Below are positions 58,527 through 60,664 of a stretch of DNA of 60,664 bases, piece after piece. Numbering within the stretch: the stretch's first letter is position 1; every line of letters starts with the position of its first letter. Below the pieces are notes generated by a model. The model ran no database searches, was not told the DNA's origin, and saw only the letters and a program-made list of their open reading frames with translations. Source of the stretch: a bacterium (GTDB lineage: Bacteria; Patescibacteriota; Dojkabacteria; JAKAPS01; JAJZLI01); contig JAJZIL010000004.1 of NCBI GenBank assembly GCA_021810605.1, positions 1-60,664 on the forward strand, read 5' to 3'. Both the position numbers and the translations under genes were made by a program.

Positions 58527-58536
58527 TCACCTCCTT
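58527..58536 (-). promoter_or_regulatory. strong Shine-Dalgarno site for atpE
   Basis: The minus strand reads AAGGAGGTGA, followed by 6 nt (gaaatt) and then the atpE ATG. This is a 10-nt match to the canonical anti-SD complement and the best SD I saw in the window. Confidence 0.7.
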
Positions 58537-58541
58537 TAAAA

Positions 58542-59288
58542 TTAAATTACTTCTTCTTTATTAGTTAAAATAGACATAAAAGACAAAGTCAGCATAGCAA
58601 ATATTCCAGCTTGAATTATGTCGATAAGAACTTCAAAAGCTAAAAAAGGCAATGGAGCAAAATATGGTCCAGCCAGTTTTAGAAACAATAGGATTATAAC
58701 ATCTCCTGCATATATATTACCATATAACCTAAAAGATAGTGATATGACCTTTGTAAATTCAGATATTATTTCAAATACACCATAGATAAAATTTATTGGT
58801 TTATTCCAGTGGAAGTATCTTTTCATATGGCCTTTAAATCCTAATTCTTTGAAAGCTAGGTATTGGGTGACTATTACAGATATAAATGTTAATGCTAGAG
58901 TACTATTTAGATCTGAATTTGCTGCTCTAAATAATGGAACGTATACTCCTGCACTATTTTTAATTTCCAAAGAAACTATACCTAAAAAAGGGATCATTTC
59001 AAATAGGTTATTTAGGAGTATTATAAGAAAGAATGCCATGATCCAAGGAAAGAATATATTGACTCTTCTTGTATCTCCATCAGTCTGTTCTGAAATAAAT
59101 TCTTTAGTAAAATTGAAAATTATCTCTAAGAATATTTGAAATTTTGAAGGTATCTCATTTATTCTAGGTGAGAAAATAATTACAAATATAATAATAATTA
59201 CTGATACTACTAGCGCAGTAAGAACAGTATTTGTTAAAAGAAATCCACCTATATTAGTTAGAATTTCTGGAGATTTTGGTACTAACAT
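58542..59288 (-). CDS. atpB: Fo ATP synthase a subunit
   Basis: 248 aa, multi-TM. Conserved Arg region SLSFRLYGNIYAGD. First gene of the operon. Confidence 0.92.
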   Translation of the reverse strand: MLVPKSPEILTNIGGFLLTNTVLTALVVSVIIIIFVIIFSPRINEIPSKFQIFLEIIFNFTKEFISEQTDGDTRRVNIFFPWIMAFFLIILLNNLFEMIPFLGIVSLEIKNSAGVYVPLFRAANSDLNSTLALTFISVIVTQYLAFKELGFKGHMKRYFHWNKPINFIYGVFEIISEFTKVISLSFRLYGNIYAGDVIILLFLKLAGPYFAPLPFLAFEVLIDIIQAGIFAMLTLSFMSILTNKEEVI

Positions 59289-59307
59289 ATTTTTGTATTA
59301 ACCTTAT

Positions 59308-59337
59308 ATTATATACAGAACAAAGCTATATTTGCAA
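59308..59337 (-). promoter_or_regulatory. candidate sigma-70-type promoter of the atp operon
   Basis: The minus strand reads TTGCAA (59337-59332), an 18-nt spacer, then TATAAT (59313-59308), with a 19-nt leader to the atpB ATG. The hexamers are read by eye and AT-rich background makes false positives likely. Confidence 0.35.
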
Positions 59338-59339
59338 AT

Positions 59340-60362
59340 TTAGTTATATTGCAATAGCTCTGATTTTAATTGTTCATATATATAGTTGTCTCCAATATCA
59401 CTTGGATGTAATCCCTCACTTGTAAGTGATCCAGGTATTTGGCTAAATTTTGGTAGAGATATATAAGGTATTCCCATACTATTTGCTACTCCTTGTATTA
59501 TTTTATTAAATTCTTGGAGTCTAGCATTAGATCCTGCAGTAAATCCAGGTGTATTCCAATCTGTAATATTTGATAATTCAAAAATAAATACTGTTCTTTG
59601 AGGTGAAGGATCTATATCAGAGAGTATTTTCAGAAGGTTATTTTTATAATCAAGAGAGGTTATTGTAGGATTGTTTACTGTTCCCATTCTGATATCATTT
59701 GCTCCAATCATTAAAGTTACTAAATCAGGGTTTTCTTGCTGGATTTCTCCATTAATTCTATTTAAAAGATCATATGTAGTATTACCACCTATTCCTTCAT
59801 TATATGATATTGTCCCTTCAGTATTTTTGAGATATTGAGAGATTCTATCAAAATATGATATAGGAGCTTCATACCCTTGTGTAATACTATCTCCAAATGC
59901 ACTATAAGTTTTATATACACTATGAGAAGTTATTACTAAGGGATTTGTCAAAGAATTTTGAGTAGTAAGATTAAGAATATTACTTTTTTCTAGTATTGTA
60001 TTAGAGCTATTTTCTACATATATTTGATATGTATAATTAGCGTTAGGAATAAGGTTTGTATCAATATATGAATTATTCCCATAATTAAATTTTGTGAAGT
60101 ACTCTCCATCCCTCATGAGTATATAATTTACATTTGGAGTACTAGGTTGTCCCCATATTATAGATATACTGTTCTCTATTTGATTATTTTGGGGAGAATA
60201 AGTAAGTAGTATACTATGAGTTTGTACAATCTCTTTACTAAAGAGTTGTCCATATTGAGAATATATTATAATATATGCTATTACAAAAGGTAAAGTAACA
60301 ACTATTCCTAAGAGTTTAAAAAACCATATAGTATTTTTTTTATTGCTTGTTTTTGTATTCAT
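59340..60362 (-). CDS. membrane-anchored SGNH/GDSL hydrolase with an N-terminal Ig/FN3-like region
   Basis: 340 aa with an N-terminal TM. Block I FGDSITQGY, block III GANDI, and block V LHPSDIG (D-x-x-H reversed context). Confidence 0.7.
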   Translation of the reverse strand: MNTKTSNKKNTIWFFKLLGIVVTLPFVIAYIIIYSQYGQLFSKEIVQTHSILLTYSPQNNQIENSISIIWGQPSTPNVNYILMRDGEYFTKFNYGNNSYIDTNLIPNANYTYQIYVENSSNTILEKSNILNLTTQNSLTNPLVITSHSVYKTYSAFGDSITQGYEAPISYFDRISQYLKNTEGTISYNEGIGGNTTYDLLNRINGEIQQENPDLVTLMIGANDIRMGTVNNPTITSLDYKNNLLKILSDIDPSPQRTVFIFELSNITDWNTPGFTAGSNARLQEFNKIIQGVANSMGIPYISLPKFSQIPGSLTSEGLHPSDIGDNYIYEQLKSELLQYN

Positions 60363-60444
60363 TCATGAAATTATAACATGAAATTATGATATAATCTATA
60401 CTATAGCGGTTAGATTTACTTATGACAATATATAATATACTAAA

Positions 60445-60664
60445 ATGAATTTTTTTTGGAGATTTGTAAAAAAGATTTATAATAAGGTTCTTTGGGAAAT
60501 TGGTATTACTGAAGATATGGAAAGAACTGTATCTAGGCTTAGAAAAGAAGGTTTTGACATTGGAGAGAATGTTTTTTTAGATCATACAGAAATAGAAGAG
60601 ATTTATCCTGAATTTTTAAAAATTGAAGATAATGTCACGATTGCATATGGTACTAGGATACTTG
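60445..60664 (+). CDS. putative left-handed beta-helix (hexapeptide) acyltransferase, N-terminal fragment running off the window end
   Basis: My translation is MNFFWRFVKKIYNKVLWEIGITEDMERTVSRLRKEGFDIGENVFLDHTEIEEIYPEFLKIEDNVTIAYGTRIL. The ending I.IEDNVTIA.G..IL resembles WcaF/WbbJ-type acetyltransferases. Only 73 codons are visible. Confidence 0.35.
   Translation, partial: MNFFWRFVKKIYNKVLWEIGITEDMERTVSRLRKEGFDIGENVFLDHTEIEEIYPEFLKIEDNVTIAYGTRIL

Overview
Very AT-rich, extremely gene-dense bacterial chromosome segment. Many stop/start overlaps (ATGA, TAATG) and several convergent genes share a TTAA stop/stop overlap. The standard genetic code is in use (TGA serves as a stop, e.g. at dcd). 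I can support about 59 protein-coding genes and 8 tRNA genes.

Content is almost entirely housekeeping:
- thrS (partial), dedA, tRNA-Val, clpP, tig.
- A tRNA cluster (Lys, Arg, Arg, His).
- pyrG-dcd-glyA-folD.
- ileS-rodA-ftsW-murG.
- mutS-mutL and uvrB ... uvrA.
- ftsA-ftsZ.
- gatCAB-dnaE.
- rplU-(methyltransferase)-rpmA-rplS-rnhB.
- A complete F1Fo ATP synthase operon (atpBEFHAGDC).

Several proteins are domain-minimised: trigger factor lacks a PPIase domain, ThrRS lacks a TGS domain, and ATP synthase delta is short. The IleRS looks like the type-2 (eukaryote-like) form, and there are many membrane-anchored orphan proteins plus a PilX-like pilin. Together this fits a reduced-genome lineage such as Patescibacteria/CPR, but that is inference, not proof.

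I see no CRISPR array, transposase, integrase, prophage or recognisable defence genes. I also see no clear-cut novel multi-gene system. The most unusual loci, all hypotheses that need database and structural checks, are:
- A tandem pair of RimK-type ATP-grasp ligases carrying a 46-nt perfectly identical tract, next to the ribosomal-protein operon.
- A Trm11/UPF0020-like methyltransferase translationally coupled between L21 and L27.
- A degenerate-motif Fic-fold plus wHTH protein 10 nt after ftsZ.
- A very acidic zinc-ribbon protein heading the tig-clpP-tRNA-Val unit.
- A cluster of orphan surface-anchored proteins.
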